A stretch of DNA of 64,000 bases from Methanobacteriota archaeon. Lineage in GTDB: Archaea > Thermoplasmatota > Poseidoniia > Poseidoniales > Poseidoniaceae. A model generated the notes under the pieces. That model had not been told where the DNA came from. It was given only the letters and a program-made list of their open reading frames with translations, and made no database searches. Positions 18,513 through 28,278 of this stretch are shown here, piece by piece. The first letter of the stretch is position 1; each line of letters opens with the position of its first letter. A program made the position numbers and the translations under genes. The stretch covers positions 6,968-70,967 of the forward strand of contig PBKJ01000027.1 in NCBI GenBank assembly GCA_002722135.1, in the 5' to 3' direction.

Positions 18513-21500
18513 GACCGCTCGGGCAACGGCACGTCATAGACCACCCAAATTTCAGCGTGGATGTTTCGACCACCTGTGGCCGATTCCCCGGTCGGTTGAT
18601 ACTCTGCGCCGTTGAACAGGCCGCGGTAACTCAGCGTTTCTGTCGCGCCAGGCGTGACCCAATCCGTGATGTCATAGGTCCATTGCTTCACGTCCTGACC
18701 CGCACACCATCCCGCTCGTCCATAGGGCCACGAGCCAAATTGGTTGGCCACGACGCCTCGCGGGACTTCCTGCTCGCACCCTGTGTTGCTGTACACGATA
18801 GGATGCCATTCGTACGCCGTGTTGCTACCAATGGTGAAATGGTGCTCATGATCACAGAACTCGGCACAATTGGCATCGTCCTTCTGGAAGCCGTGACCTG
18901 TGATGGTGGCAACGATACGGACCCGCGAGGCGTCCGCTGGAATGGTGAGGGTTCGTTCCCTTTCGTAGAGGGCTGGGTCGTTGTAACTCCCGTTGAACTG
19001 GCCTCCAGTGAAGGCGAAGGTCGCTGAAGAGGGGCGATGGTCGACGGTGCTCTCGCCCCACCTCGAAAAGAGCAAGGTGATGGTCAAGCTCCCTCCGTTT
19101 GCGCCTCGGTAGGTGAACCGACGGTCTTCGCCGTCATCGAGCATGAACAGGTAAGGTGAGAGGTCCGTTAACCAACGTCCTTCTCGGCCATAGGTGGTGA
19201 TCCACCGCGCAAATTCTGTACCACATTTGGACGCGTTATCACGATCACAAATGCGGAGGTTTGCCTCGTAATCCCACTCGTGGCATCCCGCATAGCCTCC
19301 CGAAGAGGTCTGGTAACGGTCGCGCCGTTCAGAGCATGCGTGCTCGTGAAACATTTCGAGGGTGTCATAGGTCGCCAGATCGTGGTTGAGGTCGAAGGTC
19401 GCGTTCATGGCGGTCGTGAAGCCTCCGCCCCAGCCACCTTGATGCTGATCTTCAAACATCAAATCGACCGCTTCAACGGCTGGATCTGAGCGTCGAATTT
19501 CCACCGGGTGCTCTGCATGCCACATCCATGCCTCATGGGACATGTGCTGTGGGTCGTAGGTGGTGCTGGAAGTCCCCCAAGTGTACGTCGAACCGGTTTG
19601 CCGCAACCGCTGGAAGCGATCAATGCCGAAGGTCGTCGGCTCGCCAAGGGCGGAGAGCGCTTCACCAAGGTCGCCGGTTGCCCCACTCAAGTCGAGATCA
19701 AGGTAGTGGATGCGGCCTTCCCATGCTTCTTCCTCATCGGCGTTGAGCCGTTGCTCAACGTCCGCCTTTCGGTCCGTGACTTGGGACCTGTAGGAGCTGT
19801 CGTATGATCCGTACACCAGATGCGTGTCGTCCGGGAGGTTCCGGGTCAGTGTCCCTGGATTCATGGTGAAGGTCGAGGCGCTCGACCCACTGCTGGTGGT
19901 TTTCATCAAAATGAACAGGTACGTGCTGTTGCCGTCCCAGAGGTCTGAGAACGTCAGGGTTCCTGACAGGGTCGGGACAGAGAATTCACCCACGGTCTGG
20001 AATGGGCCGGACACCGTGGGTGCTCCCTGCGTGCTGGTCCAAGGCACGGGCAATTGGACCACGGCGCAACCGTGCTCATCGATGGTCCAACGTATGGGAC
20101 TGGATGGACACCGGTCGTTTTGCAGATGAACCCCATCACCGTCCACGTCTTCGCAGCCCTGTGCATCGGTTGAGGTGGATGGCGGTGTGCCCGGGCAGAG
20201 GTCCGTGGCATCCACGACCCCGTCACCGTCGGTGTCGCGCTGATCGGCGGCACAACCGAACTCGTCCACGGCTGCTCCGATGGTTGATTGTGGGCAGAGG
20301 TCCAGCATGGTGCCGTTCAAATCCATGTCGTCGACGCCATCGTTGTCATCGTCCTCGTCTTCGGTGAGGTCCAAGCATCCATCCCGGTCCCAGTCTGTTG
20401 AATTATCTTGAAGCCACGCGGATTCACCCTTTGGGCACGCATCGTCAACGTCGAGGACCGTGTCGGAATCGTCGTCATCGTCTTCCTCGTTGTCGTTGCA
20501 ACCGTCCAGATCCCAATCGAGTGACCGCAAGCTGATCCATCCCGTCATGCCTTGTGGACACGCATCCTCCACGTCCCGACGTCCGTCGTTGTCGTCGTCG
20601 TCATCCTCGCTTGCATCACGGCATCCATCGTTGTCATGATCCTCAAGCGTGCTTGACGTCCACCCGGGCTCCGAAAGGCATCCGTCCAAGGCATCGCTGA
20701 TTCCATCGTTGTCGTCATCTTCGTCTTCATCGCGGTCCCTGCAACCGTCTCCATCGTGGTCTGTGGACGCTTTGCTCGTCCAGCCTTCCGTTTCGCCCAC
20801 ACCGTTCGGGCAAAGATCAAGATCGTCGTGCACGCCGTCTCCGTCGGCGTCAACCACAACCTCACTCAGGATGAGGCGAACGCTTCGTTCGTCGGTTGCC
20901 GTGTCGACAGGACCAACACATGTTGCCGTGAACACAAGAGCAGGGGGGAGGCCCTCTTCCGCCCTGTTGATGGTGAACGAGCGGGCGTCATCGAGCATGA
21001 CCTCCTCGCTGTCTGATTCGGGGCCGAGGTCCATCAGCACGGTGCACGACACCGAAGCGAGATCCTGATCAGGACGGTCCCTGAGTGGGGCAACCTCGCC
21101 TTGAATCGAGATGGTGCCCTCATCCGCAACGGCGGCGACGGGGAGGACGAGGCGAATGCCTGCCTGCCCAATGTGAAGGGTCGTCTCGAGTGTGAACGGC
21201 CCTCCATCGAACAACACATCGTCCTCAGGCATCAGGTCGATGCTGACCTGAACCACCCCGGTTGACGGGGCCATGATGGCCACGACGAGCACATCGGTGC
21301 GTGAGACGGCCACGTCACGCACAACCTCTGGTACACCCATGTCGTGCGTGGTTCGCACGTCGCCGACGGCGACGCTCTCGAGGTACTGGAGCGGAATGCC
21401 TTCGACCTCGAAGATGAGAAGGTCTCCAGCAACTGGATTACGAATGGACGATGCCGAGTTGAGTTCCCAGTTCCCGGTGGCCAGCGTGGGCGTCTTTGTT

Positions 21501-21598
21501 TCAACGGGTTCCGGTTCGACGATCTCCTCGCCAATCCCCAAACATCCGGCCATCAGCATGGTCAGGACCAAGGTCACGGCCGTCAATGGTCTCCGCAT
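18509..21598 (-). CDS. Lipoprotein with TSP3 calcium-binding repeats and a C-terminal PNGase-F-like (peptide N-glycanase) module
   Basis: The start was moved to MRRPLTAVTLVLTMLMAGC (signal peptide plus lipobox-like AGC). Central DxDxDG repeats. The C-terminal ~330 aa carry motifs matching both PNGase F domains: GCHEWDYEANL resembles CDEWDRYANV, NCAEFCDHEHHFTIG resembles GCAEWCFRTHTIAI, and GSWPYGRAGWCAGQDV resembles GNWAPDRAGWCPGMAV. Confidence 0.75.
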   Translation of the reverse strand: MRRPLTAVTLVLTMLMAGCLGIGEEIVEPEPVETKTPTLATGNWELNSASSIRNPVAGDLLIFEVEGIPLQYLESVAVGDVRTTHDMGVPEVVRDVAVSRTDVLVVAIMAPSTGVVQVSIDLMPEDDVLFDGGPFTLETTLHIGQAGIRLVLPVAAVADEGTISIQGEVAPLRDRPDQDLASVSCTVLMDLGPESDSEEVMLDDARSFTINRAEEGLPPALVFTATCVGPVDTATDERSVRLILSEVVVDADGDGVHDDLDLCPNGVGETEGWTSKASTDHDGDGCRDRDEDEDDDNDGISDALDGCLSEPGWTSSTLEDHDNDGCRDASEDDDDDNDGRRDVEDACPQGMTGWISLRSLDWDLDGCNDNEEDDDDDSDTVLDVDDACPKGESAWLQDNSTDWDRDGCLDLTEDEDDDNDGVDDMDLNGTMLDLCPQSTIGAAVDEFGCAADQRDTDGDGVVDATDLCPGTPPSTSTDAQGCEDVDGDGVHLQNDRCPSSPIRWTIDEHGCAVVQLPVPWTSTQGAPTVSGPFQTVGEFSVPTLSGTLTFSDLWDGNSTYLFILMKTTSSGSSASTFTMNPGTLTRNLPDDTHLVYGSYDSSYRSQVTDRKADVEQRLNADEEEAWEGRIHYLDLDLSGATGDLGEALSALGEPTTFGIDRFQRLRQTGSTYTWGTSSTTYDPQHMSHEAWMWHAEHPVEIRRSDPAVEAVDLMFEDQHQGGWGGGFTTAMNATFDLNHDLATYDTLEMFHEHACSERRDRYQTSSGGYAGCHEWDYEANLRICDRDNASKCGTEFARWITTYGREGRWLTDLSPYLFMLDDGEDRRFTYRGANGGSLTITLLFSRWGESTVDHRPSSATFAFTGGQFNGSYNDPALYERERTLTIPADASRVRIVATITGHGFQKDDANCAEFCDHEHHFTIGSNTAYEWHPIVYSNTGCEQEVPRGVVANQFGSWPYGRAGWCAGQDVKQWTYDITDWVTPGATETLSYRGLFNGAEYQPTGESATGGRNIHAEIWVVYDVPLPERS

Positions 21599-21623
21599 GA
21601 CCGGCAATGCGCGGCAAAGGACC

Positions 21624-22682
21624 TCAACGTGTCGGTGCGGGTTCTGCGTGTTCGGCACGCCCGTCGGTCAACTTGACGGTCAACTTTGGAATTGGCCCTT
21701 GTGGCCATCGGGCTCGAACTGGCGTCACGTGGAGGAGTCGGCCATGCTCTGGGTGGTCGCATGCCACGATGATTTCCCAGTGAATCCTGATGAGTGCGTC
21801 GTACATCGTGCCGGGCCATGGCCCCTCTGGTGCCTCGATCTCGACGTCGCGGCCAGCGACCGACGTCCATGCTCCCCGAGAGGCCAACCTCATCGGTCGA
21901 AGGTAGACGTCACCCGGCCAGTCGTGTCGGCCCATCGGCGATTCTTCTCCTAACCCCGTGCCGTCGCCCATCGCGGGTTCCATGCCTTCCAAGGCCGTGG
22001 TCATCCCGGGAGGAGGTTGACCGCTCGGATTTCGACTGAGGGCATTGAGGATGTGGTGCCTTCTTGGCGCCAACACGCCACATTGGAGGCTAGCAAACAC
22101 GGCGTGCTCAGATGCAAGTCCGTCGATCTTGATGCGGGTCGTCCCTTCACTGTCGACGTGATCAACGTCGACCTCAAGCCGAAGCCGCTCATCCGCCATG
22201 ATGTTGGTTTGCCTGCGAAGATCGCCCACGTTGACGGTCAATCGCAAAATCAGAGGCGTCAGGATCAGCGGGACAACAATCAGCCCGAGAAGGGGGTAAT
22301 CAAGGAGGCCTAAGCGGACACTGTTCGTCCCGAAGGTCGGGATGTTCAGGGCGTCGAAACCCGGTGCAAGCGCGAGGTAAAGCAGCGTAAGCAGCATCAC
22401 GATGGCCACGCCATCCACCATACGACGGAGCCGTCGGTGGAGAGGGCGGGGCTCGAGAAACCACCCGGTTCGCTGAGCTTTGACGACGCTGGGAAAAGGC
22501 CTCGATTCAATGGATTCGCCCTCGACGTCGCCAAGTCCACGCCGCTCGACGTACCAACCTTCTGCGGTTTCAATTCGAAAGTCCGATCCAAAGGCGCGAT
22601 CGATGGGGCCAATGACAGGGTCGAGTTCGGTCGGTTTCAGCCTTCGGGGGTCGAACGGCGGATGGCGATACACCTCTTCCAT
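21624..22682 (-). CDS. Hypothetical membrane protein (2-3 TM)
   Basis: A long ORF with hydrophobic helices (VAIVMLLTLLYLALAP, LLGLIVVPLILTPLIL) and no recognisable domain. Confidence 0.45.
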   Translation of the reverse strand: MEEVYRHPPFDPRRLKPTELDPVIGPIDRAFGSDFRIETAEGWYVERRGLGDVEGESIESRPFPSVVKAQRTGWFLEPRPLHRRLRRMVDGVAIVMLLTLLYLALAPGFDALNIPTFGTNSVRLGLLDYPLLGLIVVPLILTPLILRLTVNVGDLRRQTNIMADERLRLEVDVDHVDSEGTTRIKIDGLASEHAVFASLQCGVLAPRRHHILNALSRNPSGQPPPGMTTALEGMEPAMGDGTGLGEESPMGRHDWPGDVYLRPMRLASRGAWTSVAGRDVEIEAPEGPWPGTMYDALIRIHWEIIVACDHPEHGRLLHVTPVRARWPQGPIPKLTVKLTDGRAEHAEPAPTR

Positions 22683-22691
22683 GTCTTCACC

Positions 22692-23897
22692 TCATGCCGT
22701 TAACATGGCCCAGCCGGCCCGAAGGGCCAGCGGCCGGAAGGACGGAACCTTGCGGAGCATCTCAATTCCGAGAGGGACTGGGTGCTCGATGTCACCAAGC
22801 CTGTTGATCATCGCTGTCACCTCGGGTTGCGCAAACACGGCGACGTGCCGCTCCAGCGTGTCGTCATCGCTTTCGGTCAGGAAGAGGTTTCTGAGGGCTC
22901 TTGCGCGCGTTTGATGGCGCTTCAATTCGTCCCAAGGCCGAGCGATTTTCTTCAGCGAGGTCTCACAGAGGAGGTCGGCGTGGATGGCTTCAGCCAAGCG
23001 GTCAGCCACCATGCTGACCTGCTTGAAGCCGGGTCCGATGCCGCCTCCTGTCGTCGGCTTCGCCAAGCCAGCCGCATCGCCGAACAGCATGGCACGTTCC
23101 CGGACTGGCCGTCGGACCATGCCGCCGGGAATGGGGCCGCAATACCGTGCGACGATTTGGCAGTTCACGAACCGGTTGGCATGCCGTGATGTATGCATGA
23201 GGCCGTGCAACAGCGCTTCCGGGGATGCATGCTCAAGACGGTCAGGTGACGACCAAAGTCCAATCCGATGCGTGCCGAACCCGGTCGGAATGGCCCATGC
23301 AAAGAACCCTGGAGCAATCGATTCGCCTGTGAACATCTCGAGCCAGCGTTCGTCGGTGTTGAACCCCGTGACCTCGACTTGGTTTCCGATCATGATTTCC
23401 TTTGGCCTTCCGCTGCGTAACCAGTGACGGACACGGCTGTGGGCGCCGTCTGCGCCCACCAGCAGGCGGCAGGTGGTGGTCCCGGTGGACGCCCCTTGTT
23501 GGTGATGAACGCGCCAACCCTCGCCTTCAACCGGCAAAATTCCAGTCGCTTTCGTCGAAAGCAGCAAGCTGCTTCCAGCCTTGATGGCCTGTTGGACGAC
23601 GCCCTCATCGAACCTGTTTCTGCAGACGGCACTGGTGCGGACCTCACCAGGGACGCCCACGGAGACGGAAGCCCGGTGTGGTCCGTGGATGGTGGCGCCA
23701 TCGATCTCTTGCAACACGGTGTGTTGCAATCCCACTTGAGCCATGGACCAGGGATTGACCAAGCCCGCGCACTGGAAAGGTCGGCCGATGGACGCGTGCT
23801 CTTCCATCAGCAGGACATCGACGCCCCGTTCAGCAAGAACGGTGGCCAACCGTGCACCGACGGGCCCGGCTCCGACGACGATGACGTCGTGGTCCAT
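22692..23897 (-). CDS. Geranylgeranyl reductase family FAD-dependent oxidoreductase (digeranylgeranylglycerophospholipid reductase-like)
   Basis: VIVVGAGPVGARLATVLAERGVDVLLMEE is a Rossmann FAD motif, and the length and pattern fit archaeal GGR. The start was set at MDHDVIVVGAGP. Confidence 0.8.
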   Translation of the reverse strand: MDHDVIVVGAGPVGARLATVLAERGVDVLLMEEHASIGRPFQCAGLVNPWSMAQVGLQHTVLQEIDGATIHGPHRASVSVGVPGEVRTSAVCRNRFDEGVVQQAIKAGSSLLLSTKATGILPVEGEGWRVHHQQGASTGTTTCRLLVGADGAHSRVRHWLRSGRPKEIMIGNQVEVTGFNTDERWLEMFTGESIAPGFFAWAIPTGFGTHRIGLWSSPDRLEHASPEALLHGLMHTSRHANRFVNCQIVARYCGPIPGGMVRRPVRERAMLFGDAAGLAKPTTGGGIGPGFKQVSMVADRLAEAIHADLLCETSLKKIARPWDELKRHQTRARALRNLFLTESDDDTLERHVAVFAQPEVTAMINRLGDIEHPVPLGIEMLRKVPSFRPLALRAGWAMLTA

Positions 23898-23936
23898 GGT
23901 GTGATTCCGGGGGGCGTACCCCATGAAGCATACGCT

Positions 23937-26678
23937 TCATTCCTTCTTCGCGAAGCGGTAACGCACCTGTTGTGCTTTGTTCAGGTAGAGGATGGCAGTA
24001 AACGGATTGCCCTTCTTTGAGATGAGGTCGGAAAAGGGTCCAACTTGCCCTTCGGTGATCAACGTGGCCGCTTCCTCACGCGTCAACTCGCGCTTTGAGA
24101 TTTCACGGGCGATCTGAATCTTGCATCCGGTCCCGGCTTCTTTGGGTTGGTAATGCGTTGGTGTTTCCACAATCGCGGCGTTGGTCTTGGGACAAACCGC
24201 AACGACGCCGGGGGTCACGTCAAACTTCGTTGCGTCTGCTGCGGCCTGGCGCGGCGGGAAGTCGTATTCGATTTTCTTCCCGTTCAAAACCAGATAGGCG
24301 CTGAATGGTTTTCCACGACGAGAAATGAATCCTTCCAGCAAGGCAGATCGTCCTTCCGTCAAGATGGCTCGTGCTTCTTCGACCGTGATGGGCCGCTGGC
24401 ACATTTCAGCCCGAATGCCGCGGAACGTGCACTCCTCGCTGTCGCATGCATACCCGTCGTGACCTTGTCGAACGGTGCCTGATTCGCAGACTGGACAAGC
24501 TGCGATCGGTTCATCGGTGATCTCAACGCTGCCCGCGCCGTTGCCTTTCGTGGTGACCTTCCCTGCGTCGCTCAGCGTCACCGACGCGGCGTACTCCTCG
24601 CCTGTACGGCTGAAGAATCCGTGAAGGTCGTCGATGGCCTTGGATTCGATGAGACGAGCGGCCGTGCCTCGATCGAACCATCGGCCGGAGGTGTCTTTCC
24701 AGAAGATGAAGTTGCATCCTTCATCCGCACCCAGATTGGCCACGCACTGGTAGGCCAAGGTGGTCTCGCGAACCGGCTCATTGCAGGAAGGGCAGGCAGC
24801 GATGTCCTCTTCATCCGCATACAACACAGACCTGTCGTGGTCTTTGATGCGATGCACCATGGTGGTGGTTCGCTCGATGATGTCGTTCATGTACGCGCTA
24901 CGTTCGACTTCGCCCCGCTGAACCTGCAGCAAGCGGTGTTCCATCTCTCCTGTCAACTCTGGCGAGGTGATCCAATCCACACCGATTCGACGGAGCATGT
25001 CAATCAGGCGCATGCCAATCGCGGTGGCGCTGAGTTGGCCGCTGCGTGCGCGCCTGATGTAATTCCGATCGATGAGTTTCTCGATGGTTTCAGCCCTGGT
25101 GGCGGGCGTTCCAAGCCCCGTGTCCTTGAGCGCTTCTGAGAAATCGTCGTCCTCGACGTGACGACCAGCATTTTCCATGAGAGAGAGCAAACGGGCTTCC
25201 TTGAGGCGACTGGGCGGTTTGGACATCTCTTCGTGGAAGGTCACCTCATCGAGGCTTCCTTCTGCTCCATTCGAGACATTGCCCCACTGCTCAGGGATGC
25301 TTTCCTTTTTGGTTTCGATGTGGCGGAAGCCAGGATCCACGAGGTGTTCCACGCTCTTGACGAAGTCTTGGGATCCCGCCGTTGCGGTCCGCGTTTCGAC
25401 CCGCCAGGTTGAGCGGTCGGACCATGAGGCAAGAAAACGCCGGGAAATCAGGTCGAACAGCTTGGCATGGTCCGCCGGCAGTGCCTCGCTTGGCAGCACG
25501 CCAGTGGGGACGATCGCGTAGTGGTCACTCACCTTCGCGTCATTGAAATTGCGGTCCGTGTTTCGAAGACCCTCAGATTGCAAACGGTTGACGTGTGTTG
25601 TGTACTCCTTGATGCCAGCCAGCGTTTCGATGATCTCGTTCACCTTGTCCGTCATGTCAGAAGGCAGGTATTGGGAATCCGTACGGGGGTATGTGGTGAC
25701 CTTGTACCGGTCGTAGAGGTCCTGAGCGACGCTGAGCGTCCTGCGTGAGGGCCACGACCAGAGGCTGTTGGCCACACGCTGCAAACTTGTGAGATCAAAA
25801 TTGAGTGGGACGCGCTCATGCTTTGGCCGCTCCTCCACGGTGACGGTGACGGATTTGGCTGCCGCGATGTCCGCTTCGACGGCATCTTTCTCTTCCACGT
25901 CGAGGATGCGATTGGCCTTGTATTCAGGCCGGTTTTCATCCGACTTGTGATCGCGACGAATCCAGCGCGCCGACCATACCGAATCGCCAACGTGGACGTC
26001 AGCGGTGATGTTCCAGAAGGGCTCGGGCACGTAGCTGAGAATTTTCTTCTCTTCGTCAGCAATCATGGCCAGGGTAGCGGTTTGGACTCGGCCCAGGCTA
26101 ATGGTGGTGCGTTCACGTCGCCCTTTCAGGAAGGTGTTCCCGACACGTGAGCCGTTCATGCCGATGATCCAATCGGCTTCGGAACGTGAACGCGCAGCGG
26201 CCCCAAGGTTGTCGTATGTCCCGCTTGGTTGGCGTCCTTCCCACGCCGTTTTGATGGCACCAGCGGTCATGGATTGAAGCCACATCCTTGACGTGGGTGC
26301 CTTGGCCTTTGTGTGCTCGATGATGCTCCTGAAAATGAGCTCACCCTCCCGGGCGGCGTCACAGGCGTTGACGATCTCGGTGACGTCTTTGGCGGAAACG
26401 CGCTTCTTGATGGCGGAGAGGACCTTCCGGTTTCGGCCACCCTTTGCCTTGTACTCGAAAGGATCCGGGACGATGGGAAGCCTGTCGATGGTCTTCCTCC
26501 AATTCTTGAATTCCGGATCATAGTCTTCCGGGAACTTCTGTTCGACGAGATGGCCGATGGCCCACGTGACAACGAGTTCGTCGCCCAACCACGCGTCGTC
26601 GGCTTTTTTTGTCGCGCCAAGCACCTTGGCGATGTCATCGGCAACGCTGGGTTTCTCCGCGATGACGATGACGGTCAT
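23937..26678 (-). CDS. topA: DNA topoisomerase I (type IA) with C-terminal zinc-ribbon repeats
   Basis: Toprim N-terminus (MTVIVIAEKPSVADDIAKVLG) and multiple C-terminal CxxC...CxxC zinc ribbons. The start was moved to the internal Met. Confidence 0.85.
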   Translation of the reverse strand: MTVIVIAEKPSVADDIAKVLGATKKADDAWLGDELVVTWAIGHLVEQKFPEDYDPEFKNWRKTIDRLPIVPDPFEYKAKGGRNRKVLSAIKKRVSAKDVTEIVNACDAAREGELIFRSIIEHTKAKAPTSRMWLQSMTAGAIKTAWEGRQPSGTYDNLGAAARSRSEADWIIGMNGSRVGNTFLKGRRERTTISLGRVQTATLAMIADEEKKILSYVPEPFWNITADVHVGDSVWSARWIRRDHKSDENRPEYKANRILDVEEKDAVEADIAAAKSVTVTVEERPKHERVPLNFDLTSLQRVANSLWSWPSRRTLSVAQDLYDRYKVTTYPRTDSQYLPSDMTDKVNEIIETLAGIKEYTTHVNRLQSEGLRNTDRNFNDAKVSDHYAIVPTGVLPSEALPADHAKLFDLISRRFLASWSDRSTWRVETRTATAGSQDFVKSVEHLVDPGFRHIETKKESIPEQWGNVSNGAEGSLDEVTFHEEMSKPPSRLKEARLLSLMENAGRHVEDDDFSEALKDTGLGTPATRAETIEKLIDRNYIRRARSGQLSATAIGMRLIDMLRRIGVDWITSPELTGEMEHRLLQVQRGEVERSAYMNDIIERTTTMVHRIKDHDRSVLYADEEDIAACPSCNEPVRETTLAYQCVANLGADEGCNFIFWKDTSGRWFDRGTAARLIESKAIDDLHGFFSRTGEEYAASVTLSDAGKVTTKGNGAGSVEITDEPIAACPVCESGTVRQGHDGYACDSEECTFRGIRAEMCQRPITVEEARAILTEGRSALLEGFISRRGKPFSAYLVLNGKKIEYDFPPRQAAADATKFDVTPGVVAVCPKTNAAIVETPTHYQPKEAGTGCKIQIAREISKRELTREEAATLITEGQVGPFSDLISKKGNPFTAILYLNKAQQVRYRFAKKE

Positions 26679-26700
26679 GAGTGGGTCGGCCCCGTCGAGC

Positions 26701-27129
26701 CTACTTGAACGATGTTGTGACCTGCCGACTCCGCCAAGCCTCCTCGTCCCAATCATCTTCCAACCCGGGTCCACCGCATCCCAAGCAGCCCGGATATCCC
26801 GCCTCAAGGAGCGAGAGCGCCATGGTTGCAACGTCATGAAAACTCACGCTGAGTGCTCCTTCCGATTGGAACAACAACGTCCGTACATCATCGGATGACT
26901 CCCACGCCACGAGGGGCCATTCCTCTTCCGCGTTCCAAACCAGGGTGGTGTGCGCTGCACGGACTTCGGGAAGCATCAACTGAGCAGGGTTTGCGTCGCT
27001 GATCGCTGAGACCAAACGATGCGCTGTGTCCATGTCGTTTTCATTGACGTCCATGACCACCTTCCGCGTGCGCAGAATGCGCCGTGCAGCCTCTCTGACC
27101 GCCGGCCATCGCACGTCATCTGGGCGCAT
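26701..27129 (-). CDS. Hypothetical protein
   Basis: An ORF in the gap between topA and the divergent pyrD. No recognisable domain, and the true start may be an internal Met. Confidence 0.35.
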   Translation of the reverse strand: MRPDDVRWPAVREAARRILRTRKVVMDVNENDMDTAHRLVSAISDANPAQLMLPEVRAAHTTLVWNAEEEWPLVAWESSDDVRTLLFQSEGALSVSFHDVATMALSLLEAGYPGCLGCGGPGLEDDWDEEAWRSRQVTTSFK

Positions 27130-27176
27130 ATCACCACGACAAGCCCGTAAGGCTTGAAGGATGCCCGTGGACGAGG

Positions 27177-28253
27177 GTGCTCATGGGTTGGCCCTACCGT
27201 ACCTTCGTGCGGCCAATTCAGCGCCTCCAGTCCAGTGAAGGAGCGCATGGTCGGGCCCTGCGGATGCTCAGGATTGCCTCCGCGACGGCACCGGGACGAG
27301 CCATGCTTCGCTTGCTCTACAGGCCAAAGAAAGGCGAGGCCGTTCAGGTGTGGGGCTTGGAATTCCCAAACAGATTCGGCCTTGCTGCAGGCATGGACAA
27401 ACGTGCTGAAGCCCTTCGTGGGTGGTCCAGCATCGGGTTTGGCTTCATTGAGATCGGTGGCGTGACCATGCACGCGCAAGCAGGGAACCCGAAGCCTCGC
27501 ATGTTCCGGGACGACCGCTCACGCTCACTCATCAACCGGATGGGCTTCAACAACGACGGGTCTGAGGCGGTGGCTGAGCGCATCCGTCACCACATTCGCC
27601 GGAAAGGCCCGTTGCCTTGTCCAGTGCTGGCGAACCTCGGGAAATCCAAAATCACGCCAAACGAAGATGCCCTGGTGGATTACGCGACGTCGATGGAACG
27701 GTTGCATGACGTCGTTGATGGCTTCGTGGTGAATGTTTCTTCGCCGAACACACCGAACCTACGTGATCTTCAACATGAGGAGGCGTTGAAGGGATTGTTG
27801 GAGGGCCTCGCCCTCCGGTTGGACGGCTTGAACAGCGGCCACTCCACCCCCCGGCCCATGCTGGTCAAATTCGCACCGGACCTTGCCGAAGACGCCCTGC
27901 TTCGCATGGTGGATGTTGCTCGGGCTGCCGGTGCGGATGGCGTGGTGTTGACCAACACGACCGTGCAGAGGGACGCTCCAACGCATCCTGCCCAAGCCGA
28001 ATTTTTGGCGGAAGCCGGGGGTCTCTCTGGAGCTCCGCTGAAAGACCGCAGCACGGCGATGATCCGCGCGGTGCATGAGCACACCAATGGGACGTGGCCC
28101 ATCATCGGTGTTGGGGGCATCTCGACCGCGGCGGACGCCCGGGAGAAATTGGAGGCGGGTGCTACGCTCCTGCAGGCGTATTCGGCGTTTGTGTTCGAAG
28201 GGCCCTCCTTGGTCCGCAACGTCGTGGACGGTCTGGCAAAAACGTCGCTTTGA
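27177..28253 (+). CDS. pyrD: Dihydroorotate dehydrogenase (quinone), class 2
   Basis: N-terminal membrane-association extension plus the GLAAGMDK...GFGFIEIGGVT...MGFNNDG motifs of class 2 DHODH. Confidence 0.85.
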   Translation: MLMGWPYRTFVRPIQRLQSSEGAHGRALRMLRIASATAPGRAMLRLLYRPKKGEAVQVWGLEFPNRFGLAAGMDKRAEALRGWSSIGFGFIEIGGVTMHAQAGNPKPRMFRDDRSRSLINRMGFNNDGSEAVAERIRHHIRRKGPLPCPVLANLGKSKITPNEDALVDYATSMERLHDVVDGFVVNVSSPNTPNLRDLQHEEALKGLLEGLALRLDGLNSGHSTPRPMLVKFAPDLAEDALLRMVDVARAAGADGVVLTNTTVQRDAPTHPAQAEFLAEAGGLSGAPLKDRSTAMIRAVHEHTNGTWPIIGVGGISTAADAREKLEAGATLLQAYSAFVFEGPSLVRNVVDGLAKTSL

Positions 28254-28278
28254 TAGCGGGCATCTTCGACCGTAGAAC

